This document shows positions 33,352-42,588 of a DNA stretch of 55,246 nt, piece by piece (the stretch's first letter is position 1; each line of letters opens with the position of its first letter). The notes under the pieces were generated by a model. It was not told the origin of the DNA and ran no database searches. It saw nothing but the letters and a program-made list of their open reading frames with translations. The DNA is from Salibacteraceae bacterium. GTDB lineage: Bacteria > Bacteroidota > Bacteroidia > Flavobacteriales_G > Salibacteraceae. The DNA lies in NCBI GenBank assembly GCA_030727625.1, contig JANRBI010000257.1, positions 1 through 55,246 on the forward strand, in the 5' to 3' direction. A program made the translations under genes and the position numbers.

Positions 33352-34476
33352 ATGGCTAAAAGAGATTATTACGAAGTACTTGGAGTTTCAAAAAGTGCAG
33401 CTGCAGATGAAATTAAAAAAGCATACCGCAAGCTTGCCATCAAGTACCATCCTGATAAAAATCCTGACGATAAAGAAGCGGAAGATAAATTCAAAGAAGC
33501 TGCCGAGGCTTATGAAGTATTAAGCAACGCTGACAAAAAAGCGAAATACGATCGCTTCGGACATGCTGGCATGGGTGGCCAAGGAGGATTTGGAGGCCAA
33601 GGAGGCATGAACATGGATGATATTTTCGATCATTTCGGAGATATTTTCGGTGGTGGTTTTGGAGGATTTGGCGGTGGCCAACGCGGTGGTGGCGGTGGAA
33701 GACCTGCCATGCGCAAAGGCTCAAACCTAAGAGTGAGAGTAAAACTCACGCTCGAAGAAATTGCCAATGGCGTTGAAAAGAAAATAAAGGTTCAGAAACT
33801 GGTTCAAGCCGAAGGTGTAGAATTTGGCACTTGCTCAACATGTGCTGGAACAGGTCGCGTAACTCGCGTGACCCAGACTTTTCTAGGACAAATGCAAACG
33901 GCAAGCCCTTGTCCTACCTGCTCAGGAACTGGAAAAACTGTAACCAAATCTAAGCCCGGTGTTATGCCAGATGGTTTAGAAAGAAAAGAAACAATTATTC
34001 CTATCGAAATTCCCGCTGGAGTTGAAGAAGGAATGCAACTAAGTGTTAGAGGCAAAGGAAACGAAGGCCCAATGGGTGGTCCAGCAGGCGATTTGTTAGT
34101 ACTTATTGAAGAACAAGAGCACGAACATTTTGTGAGAGATGGCGGAAATCTTCACCACGATTTGCATGTAAGTTTTGTAGATGCAACGCTTGGTGAGTCG
34201 TTTGAAGTTCCAACATTAGGTGGTAAAGCCAAAATTAAAGTTGCTCCAGGCACTCAATCAGGCAAAACCCTTCGCCTTAAAGGCAAAGGACTTCCATCTG
34301 TAAACTCATACGGCACTGGCGATTTGCTCGTTCACGTTCATGTTTGGACTCCACAAAACCTGAGTTCAGAAGAAAAAGAGACATTGGAAAAGTTGAAAAT
34401 ATCAGATAATTTCAGGCCTAATCCAGCCGCTGGCGACAAATCTTTCTTTTCGAAAATGAAAGAGTTCTTCTCTTAA
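33352..34476 (+). CDS. dnaJ: Molecular chaperone DnaJ
   Basis: 374 aa. J-domain KYHPDKNP, a G/F region and four CxxCxGxG zinc-centre repeats (partly visible as CSTCAGTG and CPTCSGTG). Confidence 0.97.
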   Translation: MAKRDYYEVLGVSKSAAADEIKKAYRKLAIKYHPDKNPDDKEAEDKFKEAAEAYEVLSNADKKAKYDRFGHAGMGGQGGFGGQGGMNMDDIFDHFGDIFGGGFGGFGGGQRGGGGGRPAMRKGSNLRVRVKLTLEEIANGVEKKIKVQKLVQAEGVEFGTCSTCAGTGRVTRVTQTFLGQMQTASPCPTCSGTGKTVTKSKPGVMPDGLERKETIIPIEIPAGVEEGMQLSVRGKGNEGPMGGPAGDLLVLIEEQEHEHFVRDGGNLHHDLHVSFVDATLGESFEVPTLGGKAKIKVAPGTQSGKTLRLKGKGLPSVNSYGTGDLLVHVHVWTPQNLSSEEKETLEKLKISDNFRPNPAAGDKSFFSKMKEFFS

Positions 34477-34501
34477 ATTAGCAGCTTATACAACAAATTA
34501 T

Positions 34502-35437
34502 ATGAGCAACATTATTGAGGTAAAGGAAGTCAGCAAATGGTTTGGTGATTTCCATGCCTTAAATAATGTGAGCATCGAAGTGCCAGAAGGTAGCATATTT
34601 GGGCTACTTGGCCCAAATGGAGCTGGCAAAACCACGCTTATCAGGATGATTACCCAAATCACAAGTCCTGACAGTGGAGCTATTGTTTTCAATGGAACTT
34701 CTCTGCAATCGTTCAACATTAAGGATATAGGCTATTTGCCTGAAGAGCGCGGGTTGTATCGTAAAATGAAGGTTGGTGAACAAGCTCTATATCTAACTCA
34801 ACTCAAAGGAATTTCGAAAAAAGAAGCCCATCAAAGTCTAGACATTTGGTTTGAAAAACTGAATATGCAAGACTGGTGGAATAAGAAAATAATCTCTCTT
34901 TCGAAGGGAATGCAGCAAAAATTGCAGTTCGTAATTAGCGTTGCACACAATCCTAAGCTATTAATACTGGACGAACCCTTTAGTGGATTTGATCCTATTC
35001 ACACAGAAGAGATTAAGCAGCAAATCTTAGCTTTAAAAGAAGCAGGAACCAGCATTATTTTCAGCACGCACAACATGTCAAGCGTTGAAGAATTGTGCGA
35101 AAACATTTGCCTGATCAATAAAGGAGAAACCTTACTTAAAGGCAACATCAACGACATAAAAGGTAGCTTTAGTAAGTGCTTATTTAAAGTTGATTTCAAA
35201 GGCAGCCAAGTTGCGTTTGCAAACGCATTAGGTTATCAGTTTGAAATAGCTGAAATAAAGACCAAGGGAGAAACTAGTTCAGCTTTAATCAAAGGTTTTG
35301 ACAAAATAACACCAAACATGCTTTTGAGGTCATTGGTCAATTTTGTTGAAGTGGTATCTTTTAATGAAGTGCTACCATCAATGCACGACATTTTTGTAGA
35401 CCAAGTCACCGCTAAAAACACTCCTGTAGATGTCTAA
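34502..35437 (+). CDS. ABC transporter ATP-binding protein (ABC-2/NatA-like, with C-terminal accessory domain)
   Basis: 311 aa. GPNGAGKTT Walker A, LSKGMQQK signature and LLILDEPFSGFDP Walker B. Confidence 0.92.
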   Translation: MSNIIEVKEVSKWFGDFHALNNVSIEVPEGSIFGLLGPNGAGKTTLIRMITQITSPDSGAIVFNGTSLQSFNIKDIGYLPEERGLYRKMKVGEQALYLTQLKGISKKEAHQSLDIWFEKLNMQDWWNKKIISLSKGMQQKLQFVISVAHNPKLLILDEPFSGFDPIHTEEIKQQILALKEAGTSIIFSTHNMSSVEELCENICLINKGETLLKGNINDIKGSFSKCLFKVDFKGSQVAFANALGYQFEIAEIKTKGETSSALIKGFDKITPNMLLRSLVNFVEVVSFNEVLPSMHDIFVDQVTAKNTPVDV

Positions 35438-36761
35438 AACTTGGCTAATTATAAAGCGCGAATACCTTACCCGAGTGCGCAAAAAGAGTTTCATTATAAT
35501 GAGCCTTTTGGGACCTCTGCTATTAGCTGGTGTGGTTATCTTTTCTTTTTGGTTGAACATTGAAGAATCTGACAACCAAAAAATTATTGTGGTTGATGAC
35601 AATTATCCAATGTTTCAAGGAATTGACGATACTAAGTATATTGATTTCGAAGTACAAAACATTAGCCTAGACAAAGCGCTTGCTCTGTTAGATGTTTCTG
35701 ATTACACGGGCGTACTGTACATCCCAAGCAATATTCTTAATGGACATATCGCACAGCTTCATTTCAAAAAAACACTATCCGTCAATATTCAACGGGCAAT
35801 AGAGCAGAAATGCCAGCAGATCATTGAAATGGAAAAACTTGAAGACTTTAATATCCGCGAGTCAGATTATAAAAGAGTGAAATCTCCTTTTTACATTCAA
35901 ACATTAAAATTTGATGGTGTAAATTCTACTGAATCAGATGTGTTACCAGCTATGGTTGGTTGGGTTTTCGGCATTATTATTTTCATGGCTGTATACTTAT
36001 ATAGTGTACAAGTGATGCGCGGTGTGATAGAAGAAAAAACAAACCGAATTGTTGAAGTGATCATCTCCACGGTAAAACCAACTCAGCTTTTAATGGGCAA
36101 AATCATTGGTGTTGGAGCCGTTGGATTGACTCAATTTGTGATTTGGGCTTTTCTTTCAGCAACAGGAATTACAATTGGACAGTCGGTGATTATGTCTCAA
36201 GTTTACACCACAGAAAATGTGCTAAGCGCGGAGAACATGACACCAGCTGTGCAGCAACAAATGCTAGAAGAAAACAAACTGAATTTTTCAGAATTCAGCA
36301 AAGACGACAATATCTTTAATAGCATTTCTCGAATCAACTTTCCGTTAATGCTTGGCTTGTTCATCTTTTACTTTATTGGTGGTTATTTACTTTATGCCTC
36401 TATGATGGCAGCCGTGGGCTCTGGAGCCGATAACGACACCGACACGCAACAATTCATCTTGCCCATTACTTTCCCACTGATGCTTGCTTATATTGTCTCC
36501 ATCAGCATGTTTAACAATCCTGAAAGCGACATCATTGTCTGGATGTCAATCATACCTTTTACGTCACCTATCATTATGATAATGCGCGTTGCATTTGGTA
36601 TTGAATCTGGTGATTTGTGGCAGGTTTATTTATCGATGGCACTGCTTGTTGCAACCATTGCTTTAATGGTTTGGGCTTCGAGCAAAATCTACCGCATTGG
36701 AATACTTATGTATGGCAAAAAATTGAATTATCGAGATCTCATTAAATGGATCAAACTCTAA
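35430..36761 (+). CDS. ABC-2 family permease (NatB-like) with a large extracytoplasmic loop
   Basis: 443 aa. 8-nt overlap with the ATPase gene. One N-terminal TM, a ~150-aa loop, then five hydrophobic spans. Confidence 0.85.
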   Translation: MSKTWLIIKREYLTRVRKKSFIIMSLLGPLLLAGVVIFSFWLNIEESDNQKIIVVDDNYPMFQGIDDTKYIDFEVQNISLDKALALLDVSDYTGVLYIPSNILNGHIAQLHFKKTLSVNIQRAIEQKCQQIIEMEKLEDFNIRESDYKRVKSPFYIQTLKFDGVNSTESDVLPAMVGWVFGIIIFMAVYLYSVQVMRGVIEEKTNRIVEVIISTVKPTQLLMGKIIGVGAVGLTQFVIWAFLSATGITIGQSVIMSQVYTTENVLSAENMTPAVQQQMLEENKLNFSEFSKDDNIFNSISRINFPLMLGLFIFYFIGGYLLYASMMAAVGSGADNDTDTQQFILPITFPLMLAYIVSISMFNNPESDIIVWMSIIPFTSPIIMIMRVAFGIESGDLWQVYLSMALLVATIALMVWASSKIYRIGILMYGKKLNYRDLIKWIKL

Positions 36762-36771
36762 ATAAAACTAT

Positions 36772-37929
36772 ATGGCTTCTATTTTAATAATCGATGATGA
36801 ACGTCCTATCAGATCAACTTTGAAGGACATTTTAGAATATGAAAAGATTAAAATTTCAGAAGCCGAAGATGGTCCCAAAGGCATAGAGTTATTCAAAAAA
36901 AATGAATTTGATGCAGTGCTCTGCGATATCAAAATGCCGGGAATGGATGGTCTTGAAGTGCTAGAACAGTTACAAGCCATTAATCCAGATGTACCTGTTA
37001 TCATGATTTCAGGACATGGCACTATAGATACTGCTGTGGAATCATTAAAAAAAGGTGCGTACGATTACATTTCAAAGCCGCCAGATTTAAATCGACTATT
37101 GGTAAGTGTTCGCAATGCACTCGATCGGAAAGATTTAGTAAAAGAAACAAAGAAGCTTAAGAAAAAAGCTGGAGAGAAATCGAACTCTCCTATAATTGGA
37201 ACCTCTGAAGGCATTATGGAAGTGAAAGCCATGATTGAAAAGGTGGCTCCAACCGAAGCACGCGTTTTTATTACTGGACCAAATGGCGTAGGAAAAGAAT
37301 TAGTAGCACAACAAATTCATGAAAAAAGCGGAAGATCAAAAGCTCCTTTCGTAGAAGTAAACTGTGCCGCTATTCCTTCTGAGTTGATCGAAAGCGAACT
37401 TTTCGGCCACGAGAAAGGCGCGTTTACAAGTGCTATAAAGCAGCGCATTGGCAAATTTGAACAAGCATCTGGAGGCACACTATTTCTTGACGAAATTGGA
37501 GATATGAGCTTGAGTGCGCAAGCCAAAGTATTGAGAGCACTTCAAGAAAACAAGATTACCCGTGTTGGTGGTGAAAAAGAGATTAGTGTTTCGCCAAGAG
37601 TGATAGCCGCTACTAATAAGAACCTAGTTGAAGAAATTGAAAACGGAAACTTTCGAGAAGATTTATACCATCGTTTGTCTGTTATTGTGATTAAGGTTCC
37701 TTCATTGAATGATCGCAGAGATGACATTCCATTATTGATTCAACATTTTATTGGTGGAATTTCTGCCGAAACAGGAATGCCAAGCAAGGATTTTGACAAT
37801 AATGCACTGTCCTATTTAAGTCAATTAAATTGGACAGGAAATATCCGTCAGTTGAGAAATACGATTGAAAGGCTGCTTATCATGGGAGAAAATGTCATTG
37901 ATAAAGCTACAGCAGAAAAATATGCCTAG
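36772..37929 (+). CDS. Sigma-54-dependent response regulator (REC + AAA+), lacking the C-terminal Fis-type HTH
   Basis: 385 aa. [17 protein letters not shown] receiver, GPNGVGKE Walker A, GAFTSA loop, LFLDEIGDM Walker B and GNIRQLRN sensor II. Only ~20 aa follow sensor II. Confidence 0.9.
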   Translation: MASILIIDDERPIRSTLKDILEYEKIKISEAEDGPKGIELFKKNEFDAVLCDIKMPGMDGLEVLEQLQAINPDVPVIMISGHGTIDTAVESLKKGAYDYISKPPDLNRLLVSVRNALDRKDLVKETKKLKKKAGEKSNSPIIGTSEGIMEVKAMIEKVAPTEARVFITGPNGVGKELVAQQIHEKSGRSKAPFVEVNCAAIPSELIESELFGHEKGAFTSAIKQRIGKFEQASGGTLFLDEIGDMSLSAQAKVLRALQENKITRVGGEKEISVSPRVIAATNKNLVEEIENGNFREDLYHRLSVIVIKVPSLNDRRDDIPLLIQHFIGGISAETGMPSKDFDNNALSYLSQLNWTGNIRQLRNTIERLLIMGENVIDKATAEKYA

Positions 37930-38044
37930 CCACTGACGTTCTAAAAGCCGCCAAAACGCTCATTTTTTCGACCAATTACTATTTTTTTTCGATGAATTAT
38001 GATTTCTATCGATATATTCCTACTTTAGTGGAAACGATAGAGAC

Positions 38045-38554
38045 ATGGAAAAGATATATGAATTATTCCCAGCACTCAGCTATTTTGGAGCTGGCGTACT
38101 AGTACCGATCTTCTGCTTCGTAGGAGTTGGAATATTAGCTCAATGGTCGCTTTATGATAAATGTGGCCTCAAAGGAATCGACTGCTTAATCCCAGTAAAA
38201 AATGTAGTCACATTCCTTAAAATCATGGGTAGACCAGCATCACACAGCATCTTTGTTATGCTTCCACCACCGCTAATTATTGCAAGTCTCATCTTCTTTC
38301 AAAATGATCTTTTGCAATTCGGATTAGCTGCAGCAATAGCAGTTCCTTGGATTGTATTTATGACCAAAGTATACATTGAGCTTTGCCAAAGCTTTGGTCA
38401 CTACAGAACATTTGACTACATATTATGTGTGGTATTCAATGGTTTTTATGTGTTGCATTTAGGCCTTTCATTTTCTGAAAAATATAAAGGCCCTGCATAC
38501 ATCAAAAGCAATGAAAAGAAAGCTCACTCTTCAATGAAGAGTCAACTTGCCTGA
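38045..38554 (+). CDS. DUF5684-like multi-pass membrane protein
   Basis: 169 aa. W.LY.KCG.KG...LIPV.N...FLKI.GRP and a later ..FG... pattern resemble DUF5684 (from memory). About 4 hydrophobic spans. The 3' end overlaps alaS by 13 nt. Confidence 0.6.
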   Translation: MEKIYELFPALSYFGAGVLVPIFCFVGVGILAQWSLYDKCGLKGIDCLIPVKNVVTFLKIMGRPASHSIFVMLPPPLIIASLIFFQNDLLQFGLAAAIAVPWIVFMTKVYIELCQSFGHYRTFDYILCVVFNGFYVLHLGLSFSEKYKGPAYIKSNEKKAHSSMKSQLA

Positions 38555-41169
38555 ATCCGGATGATTTCATCTGCGTTAACAAGGGCTTCTCGGAGCCCTT
38601 GTTTCATTTTACCCCCAGCCATTGCCAAGAACTTTTGACCACCACCCCCACCATCAATGTGCTTAGCCAATTCTCTAACAATAGCACCAGCATCTAATTT
38701 CTTAGTTTCTGCAAGTTCCTTACTTATTGCAACCACTATGTAGGGTTTATCTTCAGCGTGACCTATTGCGATAACCAGTAAATCTTCGCGCTCTGTTGTA
38801 GCTGAATAAGCAGCATCTTTAACGAGCTTTCCTTCCACCTCGTCAAACTGCTTAACTACGTAACTAAAGCTTTTTTCAACTTTGGCTGACTCAACTATCT
38901 GCTGTTTGATTTGAGCTTGCTGGAGTACTTTAAAACCTTCAATTTCTTTTGAAAGAGACTTATTATCTGAAATAAGCTTTTCTACTGCTTTCACCAAGTC
39001 TCTAGGATTAGCTAGAAGTTCCTCAAGTTCAGAAACCATAGTTAATCTAGAAGAAATGTACTGCTGATATGCAATCCCGGTAAGTGCCTCTACCCTTCTA
39101 ATTCCGCTTGCAACCGAGCCTTCGCTCACTATTTTGAAACCGCCAACTTCTGCAGTGTTTTTAACATGCGTACCTCCACACAATTCAATGGAATCACCAA
39201 ACTTCACAACACGCACTTTATCGCCATATTTCTCGCCAAAAAGAGCCATTGCGCCCATTTCTTTAGCTTCGGCAATCGGCATTTTCTTCCAGTCTTCTAA
39301 TGGCATTTGTTGAGCGATTAGCTGACGCACTTCCCACTCAATTTTTTCAAGTTGCTCTTCTGTAATTTTCTCGAAATGAGAAAAGTCGAAGCGGAGTTTA
39401 TCAGCCGCTACCATTGATCCTTTTTGCTCAACGTGTGTACCCAAAACATCGCGTAAAGCATAATGAAGTAAGTGCGTTGCTGAGTGATTTTTCATGATCT
39501 CTTGACGCAATGCTCCATCAACATCAGCTCTCACATCACCAGTCATATTTGCAGGAAAAGACGAAACGAAATGAATAAATTCATTGTTTTCTTTTCTTGT
39601 ATCTAGTACTTCTATTGTTTCAGAATCAAACTCTAGCGTTCCTTTATCACCCACTTGACCTCCACTTTCAGCGTAAAACGGAGTTCTTTCTAAAATGATT
39701 TGAAAAGTATCTTTCCCTTTTACTTTAGCCTTTCGGTATTTCATCACGCGCGAAATCACCCAAAGTTTATCGTAACCGACAAATTCAGAGTTTGATGTAT
39801 CATGAAGAATAGTCCAATCACCAAACTCAGCTTTAGAGGCTTTCCTTGATCGGTCTTTTTGTTTGGTAAGTTCAGTTTCAAAACCGACCAAATCAACTGA
39901 AAGATTGTGTTCTTCAGCAATTAGTTTAGTAAGATCTATGGGAAAACCGAATGTATCGAACAACTCAAAAGCGAACTCACCATCTATTATTTTGACATCA
40001 CCTTTCAGGTAATTTGAGATACGATCTAAACCCTTATCAAGCGTTTGAAGAAAAGACTTCTCTTCTTCTTGAATCACTTTTGAAACCAATGTTTTATTAC
40101 GAACTAATTCAGGATAAGCCTCGCCCATTGTTTCAATAAGCTTTTCTGCAACCTTATATATGAAAGGCTCCTTCAGCTCTAATTGACTAAAACCATAACG
40201 AATCGCTCTTCGAAGCACTCTTCTGATTACGTAACCAGCGCCAGTATTAGATGGTAGCTGGCCATCAGCTATGCAAAAACTTACAGCACGAACATGATCA
40301 GCTATTACTCTAAATGAAATATCAACAAGACTATCGGTGCCGTGGTATTCCTTTCTAGATAATTTTTCAATTTCATGAATGAGAGATTGAAAAGAATCAA
40401 CCTTATAATTTGAATCTACATTTTGAAGGGCGCGAGCCAGACGCTCAAGCCCCATACCTGTATCAACATGTTTTGCTTTCAAAAGTGAAAGGGTGCCGTC
40501 CTCTGAGCTATTGAACTGAATAAAAACCAAGTTCCAAATCTCAATTACCTCGGGATGGTCTTGATTGACAAGAGACACACCATCAATATTCTTGCGATCG
40601 GCTTCACTTCTTAAATCGTAGTGAATTTCTGAACAAGGGCCACATGGTCCAGTGTCTCCCATCTCCCAGAAGTTTTCTTTTCTACCAAAAGGTAAAATCC
40701 GTTCTGCACTTACATGCTTTGACCATAAAAGTTTGGCTTCTTCATCAATAGGCAAGTTCAATTTTTCATCACCAGCAAAAACAGAAACATAGATTCTGTC
40801 CTTGTCAAGACCATAAACCTCGGTTAATAATTCCCACGCCCAATTAATGGCATCAACCTTAAAATAGTCGCCAAAACTCCAATTACCAAGCATTTCGAAC
40901 ATGGTATGGTGATAATGATCGCGACCAACTTCTTCTAAATCGTTATGTTTTCCTGAAACACGTAAACATTTTTGGCTATCCGCAGCTCTATTTATGGCTC
41001 GAGTTTCATTTCCAAGGAACACTCCTTTGAACTGATTCATACCCGCGTTTGTGAACATCAACGTAGGGTCGTCCTTGATAACAATGGGGGCAGAAGCAAC
41101 TATTTCATGCTGTTTTTGCTCAAAAAACTCTAAAAAAGTTTTACGTATCTGATTGGTTGTCCAGTTCAT
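38542..41169 (-). CDS. alaS: Alanine--tRNA ligase
   Basis: 875 aa. FTNAGMNQFK motif, the HSATHLLH editing-domain zinc motif and a C-terminal DHHA1-type GGGGG segment. Confidence 0.98.
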   Translation of the reverse strand: MNWTTNQIRKTFLEFFEQKQHEIVASAPIVIKDDPTLMFTNAGMNQFKGVFLGNETRAINRAADSQKCLRVSGKHNDLEEVGRDHYHHTMFEMLGNWSFGDYFKVDAINWAWELLTEVYGLDKDRIYVSVFAGDEKLNLPIDEEAKLLWSKHVSAERILPFGRKENFWEMGDTGPCGPCSEIHYDLRSEADRKNIDGVSLVNQDHPEVIEIWNLVFIQFNSSEDGTLSLLKAKHVDTGMGLERLARALQNVDSNYKVDSFQSLIHEIEKLSRKEYHGTDSLVDISFRVIADHVRAVSFCIADGQLPSNTGAGYVIRRVLRRAIRYGFSQLELKEPFIYKVAEKLIETMGEAYPELVRNKTLVSKVIQEEEKSFLQTLDKGLDRISNYLKGDVKIIDGEFAFELFDTFGFPIDLTKLIAEEHNLSVDLVGFETELTKQKDRSRKASKAEFGDWTILHDTSNSEFVGYDKLWVISRVMKYRKAKVKGKDTFQIILERTPFYAESGGQVGDKGTLEFDSETIEVLDTRKENNEFIHFVSSFPANMTGDVRADVDGALRQEIMKNHSATHLLHYALRDVLGTHVEQKGSMVAADKLRFDFSHFEKITEEQLEKIEWEVRQLIAQQMPLEDWKKMPIAEAKEMGAMALFGEKYGDKVRVVKFGDSIELCGGTHVKNTAEVGGFKIVSEGSVASGIRRVEALTGIAYQQYISSRLTMVSELEELLANPRDLVKAVEKLISDNKSLSKEIEGFKVLQQAQIKQQIVESAKVEKSFSYVVKQFDEVEGKLVKDAAYSATTEREDLLVIAIGHAEDKPYIVVAISKELAETKKLDAGAIVRELAKHIDGGGGGQKFLAMAGGKMKQGLREALVNADEIIRIQAS

Positions 41170-41210
41170 AGTGTGTTAAATTCACCTAATTGAATTTTCA
41201 ATAAAGGTTG

Positions 41211-41240
41211 CAAAAGTAGAGGTTGTCCTATTTTCGCAAC
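41211..41240 (-). promoter_or_regulatory. Candidate alaS promoter (GTTG-N18-TACTTTTG) inside an imperfect inverted repeat
   Basis: On the minus strand there is an exact TAnnTTTG at 41218-41211, 41 nt before the ATG. The arms GTTGCAAAA (41207-41215) and TTTTCGCAAC (41231-41240) bracket it. Confidence 0.45.
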
Positions 41241-41256
41241 TTATTATTTTCGAAGA

Positions 41257-42231
41257 ATGGCAAAAGTCAGGTATCAATACAACGAAAGCACCCTTAGTTA
41301 TGAGAAGGTAAAAATCTCAAAAGGCAAGCGAGCGCTTCAAATATTGGGTACTCTGGTGGCCTGGTTGTCGGGTGGTGGTGTGTTCTATTTATTATTCACA
41401 ACATTCTATGATTCTCCAAAAGAATCTCAACTAAAGAATAAAAATGACGAAATCTTACTCCAGTATGAGATTCTAGACAAGCGTCTCGATCAGATGAGCG
41501 CGGTACTTGCCGACCTAGAAAACAGAGATGATAATATCTACAGAACCATTTTTGAAGCAGAACCTATCCCCGATAATATCAGAAAAGCAGGAATTGGTGG
41601 CGTAAATCGCTACAAAAATCTTGAAAAATTTAAAGGTGAGGCAGATCAAGTAATAGAAACATCAAAGAAGCTTGATCAACTATCAAAACAACTTTACATA
41701 CAATCTAAATCGTTTGATGAAGTAATTGAATTGGCAAAGCAAAAGGAAGACATGTTAGCAAGCATACCCGCTGTGCAACCGGTGTCTAATGCTGATCTGA
41801 AAAGAATGTCTTCAGGTTTTGGGAGACGAGTTCATCCCATTTACAAAACGGTACGTTTCCATTGGGGAAATGATTTTACTGCTCCAACCGGAACTGAAAT
41901 TTATTCAACAGGCAAAGGCAAAGTAGTACTAGTAGAGCATTCAGGAAGCGGATATGGGAATCATGTGATTGTTGATCATGGCTATGGATACCAAACTTTG
42001 TACGCTCACATGAGCGAAACTAAAGTGAGACAAGGCCAAGAAGTAAAACGTGGTGAAATTCTTGGTTTGGTTGGTTCAACTGGGCTTTCGAGTGCGCCAC
42101 ATCTTCATTACGAAGTGCTTAAAAATGGGGCGAAATTAGATCCTGTTAATTTTTATTTCAACGATCTCTCTCCTTCAGAATACGCACTGATGATCCAGCT
42201 ATCTCAGCAAGAAAATCAATCGTTTGACTAA
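41257..42231 (+). CDS. M23 family metallopeptidase (LytM/peptidoglycan DD-endopeptidase type), membrane-anchored
   Basis: 324 aa. N-terminal TM, a coiled-coil linker, then HWGNDF...GNHVIVDHG...APHLHYEV zinc-site motifs. Confidence 0.92.
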   Translation: MAKVRYQYNESTLSYEKVKISKGKRALQILGTLVAWLSGGGVFYLLFTTFYDSPKESQLKNKNDEILLQYEILDKRLDQMSAVLADLENRDDNIYRTIFEAEPIPDNIRKAGIGGVNRYKNLEKFKGEADQVIETSKKLDQLSKQLYIQSKSFDEVIELAKQKEDMLASIPAVQPVSNADLKRMSSGFGRRVHPIYKTVRFHWGNDFTAPTGTEIYSTGKGKVVLVEHSGSGYGNHVIVDHGYGYQTLYAHMSETKVRQGQEVKRGEILGLVGSTGLSSAPHLHYEVLKNGAKLDPVNFYFNDLSPSEYALMIQLSQQENQSFD

Positions 42232-42252
42232 TGTTTAATTCCTTTTACCATT

Positions 42253-42588
42253 ATGCCTTATAAAGAAAAAGAAACCGTAAAGCTTTATTACTCCATTGGT
42301 GAAGTAGCCGAAATGCTTGACGTAAACGCATCATTATTGCGCTTTTGGGAAAAGGAATTTGATGTAATCAAACCTCAAAAAAACAACAAGGGAAACAGAG
42401 TTTATACTCAGAAAGACCTCAAAAACCTTAGGCTTATTCACTACTTGGTAAAAGAGCGTGGATTTACGCTTGATGGTGCAAAAAAGAAAATAAAGGAAGA
42501 GCATAAGCAATTACATGATCGAACAGAAATGATCGATACATTGAAAGATGTGAAAGCAATGCTTCTAGAGTTAAAAGAATCTCTTTAA
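42253..42588 (+). CDS. MerR family transcriptional regulator (short, HTH only)
   Basis: 111 aa. YSIGEVAEMLDV..S.LRFWEKEF HTH followed by a coiled-coil tail. Confidence 0.88.
   Translation: MPYKEKETVKLYYSIGEVAEMLDVNASLLRFWEKEFDVIKPQKNNKGNRVYTQKDLKNLRLIHYLVKERGFTLDGAKKKIKEEHKQLHDRTEMIDTLKDVKAMLLELKESL

Noticed and set aside
37930-37971. A possible terminator after the sigma-54 activator gene (GACGTT...AACGCTC followed by a T-run).
   Set aside because: The stem is only ~6 bp with a bulge and a 15-nt loop, which is too weak to call.
37992-38102. A 36-aa Tyr-rich ORF (MNYDFYRYIPTLVETIETWKRYMNYSQHSAILELAY) overlapping the start of the DUF5684-like gene in another frame.
   Set aside because: It has no promoter or signal features and overlaps a better-supported membrane-protein frame. 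It is probably chance in AT-rich DNA.
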